A stretch of DNA of 64,000 bases from a virus, in IMG/VR virus record IMGVR_UViG_3300015371_000014, positions 16,354 to 80,353 of that record. One strand, written 5' to 3'. Numbering within the stretch: the first letter of the stretch is position 1; the number at the start of each line of letters is the position of its first letter. The notes below the pieces were generated by a model. It saw only the letters and a program-made list of their open reading frames with translations. It had not been told where the DNA came from and made no database searches. Shown in pieces: positions 1 through 8,223 of the stretch. The translations under genes and the position numbers were made by a program.

Positions 1-162
1 AGACGTAGAAATCGTCTGCTCCCCCGACAACACTGCCGATCTCGGGATGCGCTGCTACGCCACACAGAAGTTGGTGGGCGGGGAGAGGAAGAGCTACTCG
101 ATAGTCTTTATGGATATCGATCAACTGGCGCAATACCGGGAGTACCTGGAGAGGGAGACATA

Positions 163-312
163 GTGACCCAGCACTGGCGTAAAGACAAAGAGGGGAACTA
201 TTGGGTGAAGACTATTGACGGCGAGCGACCAGCCACCCTGAACGAGATCGAGCAGATCAAGGAACAGCTTCGTCGCCCTGCCAATGATCCCCGTCAGCAG
301 AAAAAGATCTAG
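163..312 (+). CDS. hypothetical protein (49 aa)
   Basis: GTG overlaps the upstream TAG, GAGGGAG RBS, and its TAG overlaps the next GTG; read manually. Confidence 0.6.
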   Translation: MTQHWRKDKEGNYWVKTIDGERPATLNEIEQIKEQLRRPANDPRQQKKI

Positions 313-521
313 TGCTTGCTCAGCACAAAGTTCACAAGATCTCTCTGGAGGGATGGCAAATCACCAAAGAGGGCAAGATCCTGCTCGATATCCTTGTGGC
401 TTACAAAGATGCTCAGGATACCGGGTGTGGGATAAAGAAGCTGTTCCTTGTTCTTCTCCCTGATAAGCCAGATTCCCAGGACTGGATTGCGTTTGGCCTG
501 CCGGATCCCAACGAAAATTAG
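312..521 (+). CDS. hypothetical protein
   Basis: Translationally coupled to the upstream ORF (TAGTG). Confidence 0.65.
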   Translation: MLAQHKVHKISLEGWQITKEGKILLDILVAYKDAQDTGCGIKKLFLVLLPDKPDSQDWIAFGLPDPNEN

Positions 522-524
522 GGG

Positions 525-553
525 TTGACAAACTCCTGATCCTTTGATATAAA
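525..553 (+). promoter_or_regulatory. sigma70-type promoter for the tRNA-like cluster
   Basis: TTGACA-17 bp-TATAAA, ending 7 nt before the first tRNA-like element. Confidence 0.8.
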
Positions 554-560
554 TGTGCTA

Positions 561-649
561 GAGACGATAGCTCAACGGATGACTGTCAAAGACAGAGCGA
601 GAGCGACCGGGAAACCGGGAAGTGTGTGGGTTCAACTCCCTCCGTCTCA
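561..649 (+). ncRNA. tRNA-like RNA 1 (anticodon arm replaced by a GAAA tetraloop hairpin; hairpin inserted in the D-loop)
   Basis: Acceptor GAGACG/CGTCTC; TAGCTC..GAGC D-stem; CCGG-GAAA-CCGG; T-arm GTGGG-TTCAACT-CCCTC. Confidence 0.7.
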
Positions 650-734
650 CGGGACGTAGCTCACAGGTAAGAGCGCCCTGGATTGATGCTCCTTTTCAGG
701 GAGGTATGTGGGTTCAATTCCCACCGTCCCACCG
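650..734 (+). ncRNA. tRNA-like RNA 2 (enlarged anticodon loop, no assignable anticodon)
   Basis: GGGACG/CGTCCC acceptor; TAGCTCACAGGTAAGAGC D-arm; CCCTG/CAGGG stem around a 16-nt loop; perfect T-arm GTGGG-TTCAATT-CCCAC; ends ACCG. Confidence 0.75.
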
Positions 735-735
735 T

Positions 736-852
736 TTACTGCGAACCCTGTCGTAAGTTTCGTGCTTGGGTGCGCGACAGGAGCAGTGAAAAGTGGGAGT
801 CACTGGCCCCGCGAAACGAAAAGGGAGAGGGTTGGGCAACACGCCCTCTCCC
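736..852 (+). ncRNA. candidate pseudoknotted structured RNA
   Basis: CCTGTCG/CGACAGG stem whose loop GTTTCGTG pairs with downstream CGCGAAAC; CAGTGA/TCACTG and GGGAGAGGG/CCCTCTCCC stems. Confidence 0.5.
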
Positions 853-896
853 CCAGTACCCCATCGATAGATACCTTCATCCCAATCTCCTAGCCT

Positions 897-946
897 GACT
901 GGTGAGTAGTTGAAAGACTGCTCATCAGTCGTTTATACTTCTTTTA
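897..946 (+). terminator. probable intrinsic terminator
   Basis: 14-bp stem GACTGGTGAGTAGT/ACTGCTCATCAGTC followed by a T-rich tract. Confidence 0.55.
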
Positions 947-1020
947 GCTTCCCCTGCCGGGATAGCTTTAGAGGGGACGGGGAAGTGCTGGCGGGTAACT
1001 CACTCCGTCCCCTCCACTTC

Positions 1021-1049
1021 TTGACACCTGTCAATTTGGCACCTATGAT
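1021..1049 (+). promoter_or_regulatory. morphogenesis-operon promoter whose -35 is half of the 14-bp palindrome (1021-1034)
   Basis: TTGACA-17 bp-TATGAT; TTGACACCTGTCAA. Confidence 0.8.
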
Positions 1050-1222
1050 GCAATCTAAGTAGGTTGATAGGTGTCGCTGTGGTGACTCTTCACCAGTAAT
1101 CGCCACAACTCGCGACAGGTAAGCGGTCCCCCTCCGGATGCTGCCTTAGTCTCGAAACGATAGCCGCAACCATGATGCATACTGCATCGCGGAAGCATTG
1201 CTATAGAGAGACGAGGCAGAAC

Positions 1223-2650
1223 ATGACAGAACCCAACCAAAGGGAAGAAGGGGAATCTCACCCCTCTTTCCGTGTAGGGGTTCCGATGCAGGTGGCAAAG
1301 CTCAGTTCGGCTGAGCGAGCCAAGCTGGTTACGCTGGCCCACGAGCGTGCCCCTGATCCCACGGTGTTTGAGGATCAAGAGCCTTTTTTCTTCACGGCTC
1401 GTGCCTCAAACCAGACCGTGGACTCCTACTTCACCAGGATGAACGAAACCTCTCTCAACAACTACGCGCAGGACGCGACCGATCCTGGCGTCCAGTTCAT
1501 GGTCAGTCACGATGTGATGGAAGTCGGCTTTGGACGTTCCCTTGCTGGTCGGGTAACCGGACCCAAGGGCAATAAAGAATGCCTGATTGACTTCTATACG
1601 ATCCCTGGCCTCCGCGCTGGGAACGTCTCCTCAGATGAATTCATCAACGGCTCCAGGGCTGGCATCTATGCGGATGTCTCGATTGGGTTCAATCCCAAGG
1701 CGATGATCTGCAATATTTGCGGCAATGACTGGATGCGCCGTTGGATGGATATGTGGGACGACAGCGTTGACTCCTGCACTCACTGGCCGGGAATGGAATA
1801 CGAAATTGAGAAGGGACGTAAGAACACAAAAGTGACCTGCGTCCTTGACGTGCAAGACGCACGTCTCAATGAAGTGTCCCTGGTCTACGATGGCGCAACC
1901 CCTGGGGCTGGTATTGCCGCAGTGGACATGGCGCGAATGATGAGTGCTAGGGGACAATTGAATCCAGTGGAGCGCCAAGCTCTGGAAAACATCTATCGGG
2001 TCCGGATTGCCGCTCCTCCTGGTCTGTATGGGGGAGTCGAGCTAGGAGATGTGAGGTACAGCGTCGTGACGAAAACCACTAATAACACTGAGACTCAGCG
2101 CACCGTTGAGGCCGAAGAGAACGAGGTTGACCCACAGCCGGTTCCTGAGGCTCGCAAGGCGGTAGTCGAGTTTGTTGAGGATCGGGCAGAGGCTACGCCT
2201 GAGGAAAACGCTTCGCCACTGGAGATGGTGCGGCGGAAATTCGCAGACCGTGGGCTGAACCTCGATGGAGAGCCTCACGAGATCATTGATGCCCTGGCGG
2301 AAAAGGCTCTGGCCCAACGTCAGCAAATCAAGGATCTGGAAAAGGAAGCTGGTTATGGGCGCGAAGCTCGTACCGCTCTCTTGACCGCCCTGGACGAAGA
2401 GGTGGTCCGCGCTTTTGGTGGCGCTAACGCCGAAGAGAGCCAGAAGCGATACCGCCGCATGGTTGCCGATCTCGACATGAGTGAGATTCAGGCAGTCATC
2501 GATGAACTAGGAGAGCGAGCCGTCGCCAGAATTGGCAAGGGCGGTCAGAAGGCTCTTCTTGATCTCAAAGCAAACGGGAAAGAGCAACCCGAAGTCCCGG
2601 CTGATCGCAAGCCCCGACCTCGCGGCGAAACTCCTTCGCACCTGATCTAA
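1223..2650 (+). CDS. prohead protease/scaffold fusion
   Basis: First gene of the head module; MVSHD, DVSIGF and EVSLVYDGA motifs of HK97-type proteases with a CxxC insertion; helical charged C-terminus; start at 1223 chosen from GAGG RBS (track start 1172). Confidence 0.75.
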   Translation: MTEPNQREEGESHPSFRVGVPMQVAKLSSAERAKLVTLAHERAPDPTVFEDQEPFFFTARASNQTVDSYFTRMNETSLNNYAQDATDPGVQFMVSHDVMEVGFGRSLAGRVTGPKGNKECLIDFYTIPGLRAGNVSSDEFINGSRAGIYADVSIGFNPKAMICNICGNDWMRRWMDMWDDSVDSCTHWPGMEYEIEKGRKNTKVTCVLDVQDARLNEVSLVYDGATPGAGIAAVDMARMMSARGQLNPVERQALENIYRVRIAAPPGLYGGVELGDVRYSVVTKTTNNTETQRTVEAEENEVDPQPVPEARKAVVEFVEDRAEATPEENASPLEMVRRKFADRGLNLDGEPHEIIDALAEKALAQRQQIKDLEKEAGYGREARTALLTALDEEVVRAFGGANAEESQKRYRRMVADLDMSEIQAVIDELGERAVARIGKGGQKALLDLKANGKEQPEVPADRKPRPRGETPSHLI

Positions 2651-2662
2651 GGAGCTATTACT

Positions 2663-3103
2663 ATGGCGAACCCGCGTAAGGTAATCGTCCACGATGACAT
2701 CGGTTTTCGTGGCCTCACCTTCCTCATCGATGGTTCCACCATCGTCTGGAGCGCTACCGCAAAAAATGGATCGGCTTCGGCTGGTCTGGCTGTGGCTCTG
2801 GTCGCTGGCACCACGATGACGGTGGAACTCGTGACCACGAACCAATCGGTTCTGGGCCGTCTCGACAATGTGGCGCAGGACGGTTCCTGCACCGTGCAGA
2901 TTGAAGGCCAGTGCTACCTCCCACAGGCAACTGGTGGTGATGTGGTCCGTGGCGGCAAGTGTGTCGGCGGTCTGGGTCCATCTTCGGCGCGTGGATATAT
3001 CAAGGAACCGGATACGACAAGCGCAGCCTCCGCGCTGCCTGCACGTCACTTGGTTCTGGATGACACGACCGCTACGGCGATCAGCGTCTTCCTCAGCCCG
3101 TAA
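2663..3103 (+). CDS. capsid decoration/cement protein
   Basis: Small Gly/Ala/Val-rich beta protein between protease and capsid genes; AGGAG RBS. Confidence 0.6.
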   Translation: MANPRKVIVHDDIGFRGLTFLIDGSTIVWSATAKNGSASAGLAVALVAGTTMTVELVTTNQSVLGRLDNVAQDGSCTVQIEGQCYLPQATGGDVVRGGKCVGGLGPSSARGYIKEPDTTSAASALPARHLVLDDTTATAISVFLSP

Positions 3104-3132
3104 GAGCCGCGTGGCAGCGGTGGAGGAATACT

Positions 3133-4365
3133 ATGGACAAGGTTAAGCAACCGGCTACTGAGACGATGCGGCTCCGTCCTGCGGAGTGTCTGGAGCGTCT
3201 GCCGGAACTGTATCGGGAGGCTGCGCGTGAGAACATTACGCTCAGTCACTTCCTCGAAAACGAAGACCCCAGCCATGAGTGGGAGAACACTGAGGATCGC
3301 AAGATTCGCGCCTTTGGCCGTGTGCTGCGAGCGTCAGGGTTCCGCTTCAAGAGCGATCCCGCTGAAGGTATCTGGGCCGACTCCTTGGAGAAGGTCTACG
3401 AGGATCCTGTTGGACGAGCGCTACTCCCTGAGTGGGCGCGTTCCGTGTGGCGGCGAACCCTCAACAACGGCTATCAGCCTCAGGTGCGGTCCATCTTCGG
3501 TTCCGGCGATGACCTCGTCGGTGGGTTGATGCGGCCCTACACCGATAAGCCAGGGATTGCTGAGCAACTCCTCACCCCGGCTGTGCGCCTCTCCGATCTG
3601 GTGGCGATGACGACTCCGGTCGATTCGGATACCTATCGCAGCGCCTACCTGGATGAGCCATCGGCACCCAACGTGCGCCTCAGCAGGGTGCAGGAAAAGT
3701 CGGACATCCCTCGCTCCTCGATCACCGTGTCTGAACACGTCATCCGACTGTTCAAGTACGGGCGCGGAATCGAGATCAGCTATGAGGCTGGTCGGCGGAT
3801 CCGGATTGACAAGATTGCGTTCTGGCTCGCTCGTGCAGCCCTCCAGGTGGAAGCTGACCGGGTGGCACAGGCGATTGACGTGGCAATCAACGGTGACGGC
3901 AATGCCAGCACCGCAGCCACCAACTACAACCAGTCCGCGCTTGACACGGGTGCCGTCCTGACGGTGAAGGGCTACTTGGCATTCAAGTCCAAGTGGAAGC
4001 AGCCGTATCGCATGACGCACATCTTCGCTCGCGAGACAGAACTGACGAACCTGCAGTTGCTGCAATTCCCGAACAACAACCCGTTTATGTTCCAGGGCGA
4101 TACCCTGGCCGGGTTCGGTGGCATCACCCCGATGCAGGATCTCCTGTCGGGGAACGTCATCTTCGGACAGACCGATCAGGTTCCCGCTGGTGTGTATCTG
4201 GGTATTGACGCTCGCGTCGGCCTGGAGCGCATTACGGAGATCGGTTCGGACATTCAGGAAACCACGCGGTTCATCGAGCGCCAGACGGAAGCTCTCTTCT
4301 TCACGGAGAACGATGGCTTCGGCGTCCTCGACAACCTCGCGGCCAAGACCCTGACGATGGCCTAA
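3133..4365 (+). CDS. major capsid protein
   Basis: 410 aa, position, HK97-like RVQEKSDIP..KYGRGIEISYE segment; strong RBS and downstream terminator. Confidence 0.85.
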   Translation: MDKVKQPATETMRLRPAECLERLPELYREAARENITLSHFLENEDPSHEWENTEDRKIRAFGRVLRASGFRFKSDPAEGIWADSLEKVYEDPVGRALLPEWARSVWRRTLNNGYQPQVRSIFGSGDDLVGGLMRPYTDKPGIAEQLLTPAVRLSDLVAMTTPVDSDTYRSAYLDEPSAPNVRLSRVQEKSDIPRSSITVSEHVIRLFKYGRGIEISYEAGRRIRIDKIAFWLARAALQVEADRVAQAIDVAINGDGNASTAATNYNQSALDTGAVLTVKGYLAFKSKWKQPYRMTHIFARETELTNLQLLQFPNNNPFMFQGDTLAGFGGITPMQDLLSGNVIFGQTDQVPAGVYLGIDARVGLERITEIGSDIQETTRFIERQTEALFFTENDGFGVLDNLAAKTLTMA

Positions 4366-4390
4366 GAGAGGGGGCTTCGGCTCCTTTTCC
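4366..4390 (+). terminator. terminator after the capsid gene
   Basis: GAGAGGGGGC-TTCG-GCTCCTTTTC (cUUCGg tetraloop). Confidence 0.7.
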
Positions 4391-4416
4391 GCGAGCGCAA
4401 AACATAGGAGCGCATC

Positions 4417-4662
4417 ATGGCTAGGGAAATGACGATTGTCTGTTTGGAAAAGGGCGAATGGGAACCGGGTCTTACTGCCGATCAACATGGGTGTGATCGG
4501 GCGATGCATGCGGTTGGTGGTCTTGATCTGAATCGAGAGTCACCACTGACCTACGTCGATATCGAGCTTGGACCCGGTTCTAGTGGACCTGTCTTGACAA
4601 GAACCGAATCCCTAGCCATGAAGCTCCTAACAGGATTCTGTAAGATCAAGGAGACAGAGTAA
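4417..4662 (+). CDS. hypothetical protein
   Basis: AGGAG RBS, coupled to the next gene. Confidence 0.6.
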   Translation: MAREMTIVCLEKGEWEPGLTADQHGCDRAMHAVGGLDLNRESPLTYVDIELGPGSSGPVLTRTESLAMKLLTGFCKIKETE

Positions 4663-5177
4663 TGCCACAAGCAGATTACATCTACGTCCGCTCTGGACGT
4701 AGCGACAACCGGGTAGCCCTGTCGGAAGTTGATGAGGCTCACCCTGGCGGGACGGCGTTTGTTGCCCAGGGGATGACGCGTAAGGTTGGCTACACCCCGT
4801 TCGTGGCTGATCAGATCCGCCAGGGATTCCTGGTCGAGGTCAACGACGCCGCTGGCAAGAAGCAGGCCGACGAATTCGCCAAGACTGTCATGTCGGGCGA
4901 AGAGAGAGAAGCCATGGGCGAACCCCAAGCAGACACCTTTGATCCCCTGGTTGGCAAGTCCGATTCTGAGCTTGCCCAGATGGCGAAAGACCGCAACATC
5001 AAGATCGAGCAGGGCATGCGGAAGTCTGATCTCGTGTCAGCTATCGCGGCTCACGACAACGCCGAAGCGGCCAAGAACGAATCCCTGCGGAATCAACGGG
5101 ACGAGATCGCTGCTGAGCAAGAAGAGAAGCAGGACACGAAGACCACCAAGGTCACCGCTCCTGGCAAGGATCGATAA
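4662..5177 (+). CDS. Rho-N/HeH-like domain protein
   Basis: LVGKSDSELAQMAKDRNIK..MRKSDLVSAI helix-extension-helix motif. Confidence 0.65.
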   Translation: MPQADYIYVRSGRSDNRVALSEVDEAHPGGTAFVAQGMTRKVGYTPFVADQIRQGFLVEVNDAAGKKQADEFAKTVMSGEEREAMGEPQADTFDPLVGKSDSELAQMAKDRNIKIEQGMRKSDLVSAIAAHDNAEAAKNESLRNQRDEIAAEQEEKQDTKTTKVTAPGKDR

Positions 5178-5599
5178 TGCCGCTTCTCCCCTCCGACCGC
5201 TATGAGGATATTCGCCTCAAGCTCGATCCTACCCTGGATGGAGAAGAGGCAATTCCCAATGAAGTCCTGACATCAGACATGGTGTTAGGAGAAGCAGAGC
5301 GCTGGATTCTTAAAGTGGACCCAACGGCTGCTTCGCGAGTCGGAGGGGAGTTGCAGGCTGTCTATCGAGCCATCATTTGCTACGCCGCAGCTGTCTTGTC
5401 CCCTTCTGTTCCGCAAGCAAAGCAGGTCAATATGGCGGGGCACAGCGTCACCACTGACTATGCTGAAACCCCGTCAGAGCGTACGGCTCGTCTCTATGCA
5501 GAGGCCACGGCGGCAGTCGCCTATTACCTGCCAGCTATCCTCCAGACCACCGTTACTACCATGACGTACTTCACCACGGTGAGTGGTAGACGTGCCTAG
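5177..5599 (+). CDS. head-tail connector/adaptor
   Basis: Size, helical character, position after capsid. Confidence 0.55.
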   Translation: MPLLPSDRYEDIRLKLDPTLDGEEAIPNEVLTSDMVLGEAERWILKVDPTAASRVGGELQAVYRAIICYAAAVLSPSVPQAKQVNMAGHSVTTDYAETPSERTARLYAEATAAVAYYLPAILQTTVTTMTYFTTVSGRRA

Positions 5600-6233
5600 T
5601 ATTTCCTTCTATCCGCGTCGCTATATGCGGGGATTGGCCTCTGGCGATCTCCGCGAAGATGGCGCGATCTGGCGTGATGACGGATATGGGTTCACGCTCT
5701 TAACTGTCACCAAAGCGTCAGTACGCCATCGCCTCAACCAACCCGCACCGGATGATCCCCAGGAAGCGACCGCAGCTAATGCAGAGTTTGTCGAGGTTCA
5801 CTTTCCCTGGGACTCTCCGGTACGGATTGGGGATAAATACGTGCAGGACGGTCGGTCCTGGGTGATCGGACTCACCAACATTACGGATTCCTACAGCACC
5901 TTTGCGCGGTGTTACGCGGCCCGTCCTATTGCCGCCACGCCGCGCCAGTGGGTGTCCTTCCGTCGCTACCTTCAGCCTGAGCAACAGTGGATCATTCTCG
6001 CGCCCCAACTGGTGCAGCTTGCCTGGAGTAAGAACCAACCAGACCGACTGGGTGGCGTAGCGATTCGCCAGTACGGATACATCTTTGCCCCAGAGGATAT
6101 GCCACCCCTTGATGTGCAACAGGGAGACACGTTCTACCTTGATGGAATGAGCGCCGTGGTGACCTGGGCCGCTCCCTCGACTGGCTCTCGCCGCGAAGCG
6201 CTGTTTGCCATCAACGTTGGGGAGGGTGTCTGA
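5583..6233 (+). CDS. head closure/neck protein (putative)
   Basis: Position; two IGD/QGD-type beta repeats; start may be GTG 5592. Confidence 0.5.
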   Translation: MVDVPSISFYPRRYMRGLASGDLREDGAIWRDDGYGFTLLTVTKASVRHRLNQPAPDDPQEATAANAEFVEVHFPWDSPVRIGDKYVQDGRSWVIGLTNITDSYSTFARCYAARPIAATPRQWVSFRRYLQPEQQWIILAPQLVQLAWSKNQPDRLGGVAIRQYGYIFAPEDMPPLDVQQGDTFYLDGMSAVVTWAAPSTGSRREALFAINVGEGV

Positions 6234-6619
6234 TGCCCTGGCCGCTACGCGAGGTTCCGAATCCTTTCTATGGCCCTGACGCACGTCCCTGGAATGATCT
6301 TTCCCCAGGATCCTACTGGACGATCCCAGCCGACAAAGAAGGCTATTTTGTTCGGCCCCTCTCACCAGAGTTTCATGCTTCGGGTCGAGACTTCGCGATC
6401 TTCATTACCTTGCCAGGGGGAGCGGAGTGGTGTCCAGACATGATCTCTTCTGAGAGTGGTCATGGTTGGACGGTTACAGGAGAACTCCCAAAGATCACTG
6501 CTCATCCAAGCGTGCATCAGATCGGTCGTTATCACGGATTCGTTACAGATGGCGTGCTAACCGACGATCTGGAAGGGCGCACCTACGATGACAGGAGTTT
6601 GACAGATGTCAATCTTTGA
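6233..6619 (+). CDS. DUF6527-like protein
   Basis: WTVTGELPKITAHPSV..YHGFVTDG motif. Confidence 0.5.
   Translation: MPWPLREVPNPFYGPDARPWNDLSPGSYWTIPADKEGYFVRPLSPEFHASGRDFAIFITLPGGAEWCPDMISSESGHGWTVTGELPKITAHPSVHQIGRYHGFVTDGVLTDDLEGRTYDDRSLTDVNL
6599..6612. repeat. 14-bp palindrome, 1 mismatch
   Basis: TTGACAGATGTCAA over the peptidase start codon. Confidence 0.75.
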
Positions 6620-7364
6620 AGCTGGTGGACTAGGGCGACTCCCTCCCACGGATGACAAGCACCTCCGGATGTTCAGTCTAACCCCTGAGACGATGCCCTC
6701 TGAACCAACGCCCGTCGTGATCGGTATCAACTGGTACGAGCGGTTCGATAACTACTTTCAAGACGACAAGGGCCACTACTGGATCTCTCGCTCAGGGATG
6801 GATCTGGGGCGTATTCGTGGCGGTCACTGTATCTGCGTGGCTTCGCCCCACATCATAGACCGCTGGTGGCCTTTCTATGACCAGGGTTCTGAGGGAGCCT
6901 GCGTTGGCTTTGGTTGGTCGCGCTACGCCTCACTAATGAACAGGGTGCGCTATGACGGCTTCAAGCTCTACCACGAAGCACAAAAGATCGATGAGTGGGC
7001 TGGCGAAAACTATAGCGGAACCTCTGTTCGCGCTGGTGGTGATGTCCTGCGTACTCTGGGCGCTTGGAAAGTGCTGCGAGGAAAGACGCAAGACTACCCC
7101 GACGCTGAAGCTGGCATCGTTCAGTACCGCTGGGCCACCACCATCGAGCAAGTTGCACAATGCCTCTCACCGCACGACGACGGTCACAGGATTCTGAGTG
7201 ACGGGTTTCTCGTTCTGCTCAACTCCTGGGGACCACGCTATCCTGCCAAGGTGAGGATGGATCTTGACACTGCATATCGCGTTCTCTTCAAAGAAGAGGG
7301 TGATGTGAGCATGGCGACTGATCGCCCTGCTTTGCCAAATACCGCGAGAGGATTTCTTGTATGA
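6606..7364 (+). CDS. papain-like (C1A) cysteine peptidase with rearranged motif order
   Basis: DQGSEGACVGF, GGHCI and NSWG motifs all present. Confidence 0.8.
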   Translation: MSIFEAGGLGRLPPTDDKHLRMFSLTPETMPSEPTPVVIGINWYERFDNYFQDDKGHYWISRSGMDLGRIRGGHCICVASPHIIDRWWPFYDQGSEGACVGFGWSRYASLMNRVRYDGFKLYHEAQKIDEWAGENYSGTSVRAGGDVLRTLGAWKVLRGKTQDYPDAEAGIVQYRWATTIEQVAQCLSPHDDGHRILSDGFLVLLNSWGPRYPAKVRMDLDTAYRVLFKEEGDVSMATDRPALPNTARGFLV

Positions 7365-7774
7365 ATCGTCGTGCCGTTCTTGCTGCCTCATTGGTAGCGC
7401 TGACAGAGATGGGATTCCTGAAGAAGGTTGCTGCCAGCCAAACCTGTACCACCGGCAACTGCTCTGGCAATCAGACCTGTTGCGATGGTTGGACGTGCCA
7501 GCCTACTGGCAATGGGAACTCCCACGTCTGCGTCTCTGAGGATATCAGCAACATTCCTTGTGAGGAACATGATCAGTGTCCCGATGATGGGGTCTGTCAT
7601 GAAGGGCAGTGCTGCATTGCCTACAACCAGTACATCGTGGTGGACGGTGCGCCGGAAATTACCATCATCTATGTGCCGATCACAATCACGGTACCAATCA
7701 CGACTCCCGCACCAGCACCAGCCCCGGTTCCCCATCACAAGCGGAAGCGCCGACACCGACGCAATAGGCACTAG
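7361..7774 (+). CDS. Tat-signal, Cys-rich protein with a basic tail
   Basis: MNRRAVLAA twin-Arg leader, 11 Cys, C-terminal HHKRKRRHRRNRH. Confidence 0.65.
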   Translation: MNRRAVLAASLVALTEMGFLKKVAASQTCTTGNCSGNQTCCDGWTCQPTGNGNSHVCVSEDISNIPCEEHDQCPDDGVCHEGQCCIAYNQYIVVDGAPEITIIYVPITITVPITTPAPAPAPVPHHKRKRRHRRNRH

Positions 7775-7808
7775 AACGCAAATACAGCCCCGTAGAGGCG
7801 CGTTCTGG
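7771..7808 (+). repeat. dispersed hairpin motif (CTAGAACGCAAA family)
   Basis: CTAGAACGC-AAATACAGCCCCGTAGAGGC-GCGTTCTGG; related copies near 33.28, 37.8, 55.5, 57.4, 60.23 and 63.2 kb. Confidence 0.65.
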
Positions 7809-7833
7809 CTGAAAAGGTAGAAGGGACAAGGGT

Positions 7834-8223
7834 ATGGCTGGGAAAGCCAGTTTTGGCAACGTACGGTTCACCTGGATCCGACCTCCCTCCGGAATGGGGG
7901 ATGAGTGTCGGAGACGAGCCGATGCGCTCCAGCCTGCCCTTGCCGCACGCATGACCGCCATGGCGGCAGATCTCGTCAGTTATATGCAGGCGAACGCTCC
8001 CTGGAATGATCGTACTGGGGATGCACGAGCGGGACTGAGTTCCAATGTTCGCCAGTCTGGGAAGGGAGGTGTGACGGTTTCGGCCTTTCACACTGTTCCT
8101 TATGGTGGCTTTCTGGAAACAGGAACTTCCAAGATGTCTGCCTATCCGATCATCGGTCCTGCCCTGGAAGCCCACTATGCGGAAGCACGCAAGCTGATGG
8201 CTGATATTGCTGGGAGTGGGTAG
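7834..8223 (+). CDS. HK97 gp10-like neck protein
   Basis: APWNDRTGDARAGL..HTVPYGGFLETGTSKMSAYPII motif. Confidence 0.8.
   Translation: MAGKASFGNVRFTWIRPPSGMGDECRRRADALQPALAARMTAMAADLVSYMQANAPWNDRTGDARAGLSSNVRQSGKGGVTVSAFHTVPYGGFLETGTSKMSAYPIIGPALEAHYAEARKLMADIAGSG

Noticed and set aside
576-614. Hammerhead ribozyme (CGGATGA-stem..GAAA)
   Set aside because: Core is CGGATGA rather than CTGATGA, GAAA does not follow stem II, and stems I/III are not found.
676-701. Enlarged-loop tRNA as a +1 frameshift suppressor for the sites at 10917 and 29825
   Set aside because: The loop has no AAAA/GGGG complementary to those sites and is too large.
561-852. tmRNA or functional tRNA genes
   Set aside because: No tmRNA 5'/3' domain arrangement or tag ORF; neither cloverleaf has a 7-nt anticodon loop.
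3421-4509. 362-aa antisense ORF
   Set aside because: Shadow of the capsid gene; no RBS or motifs.
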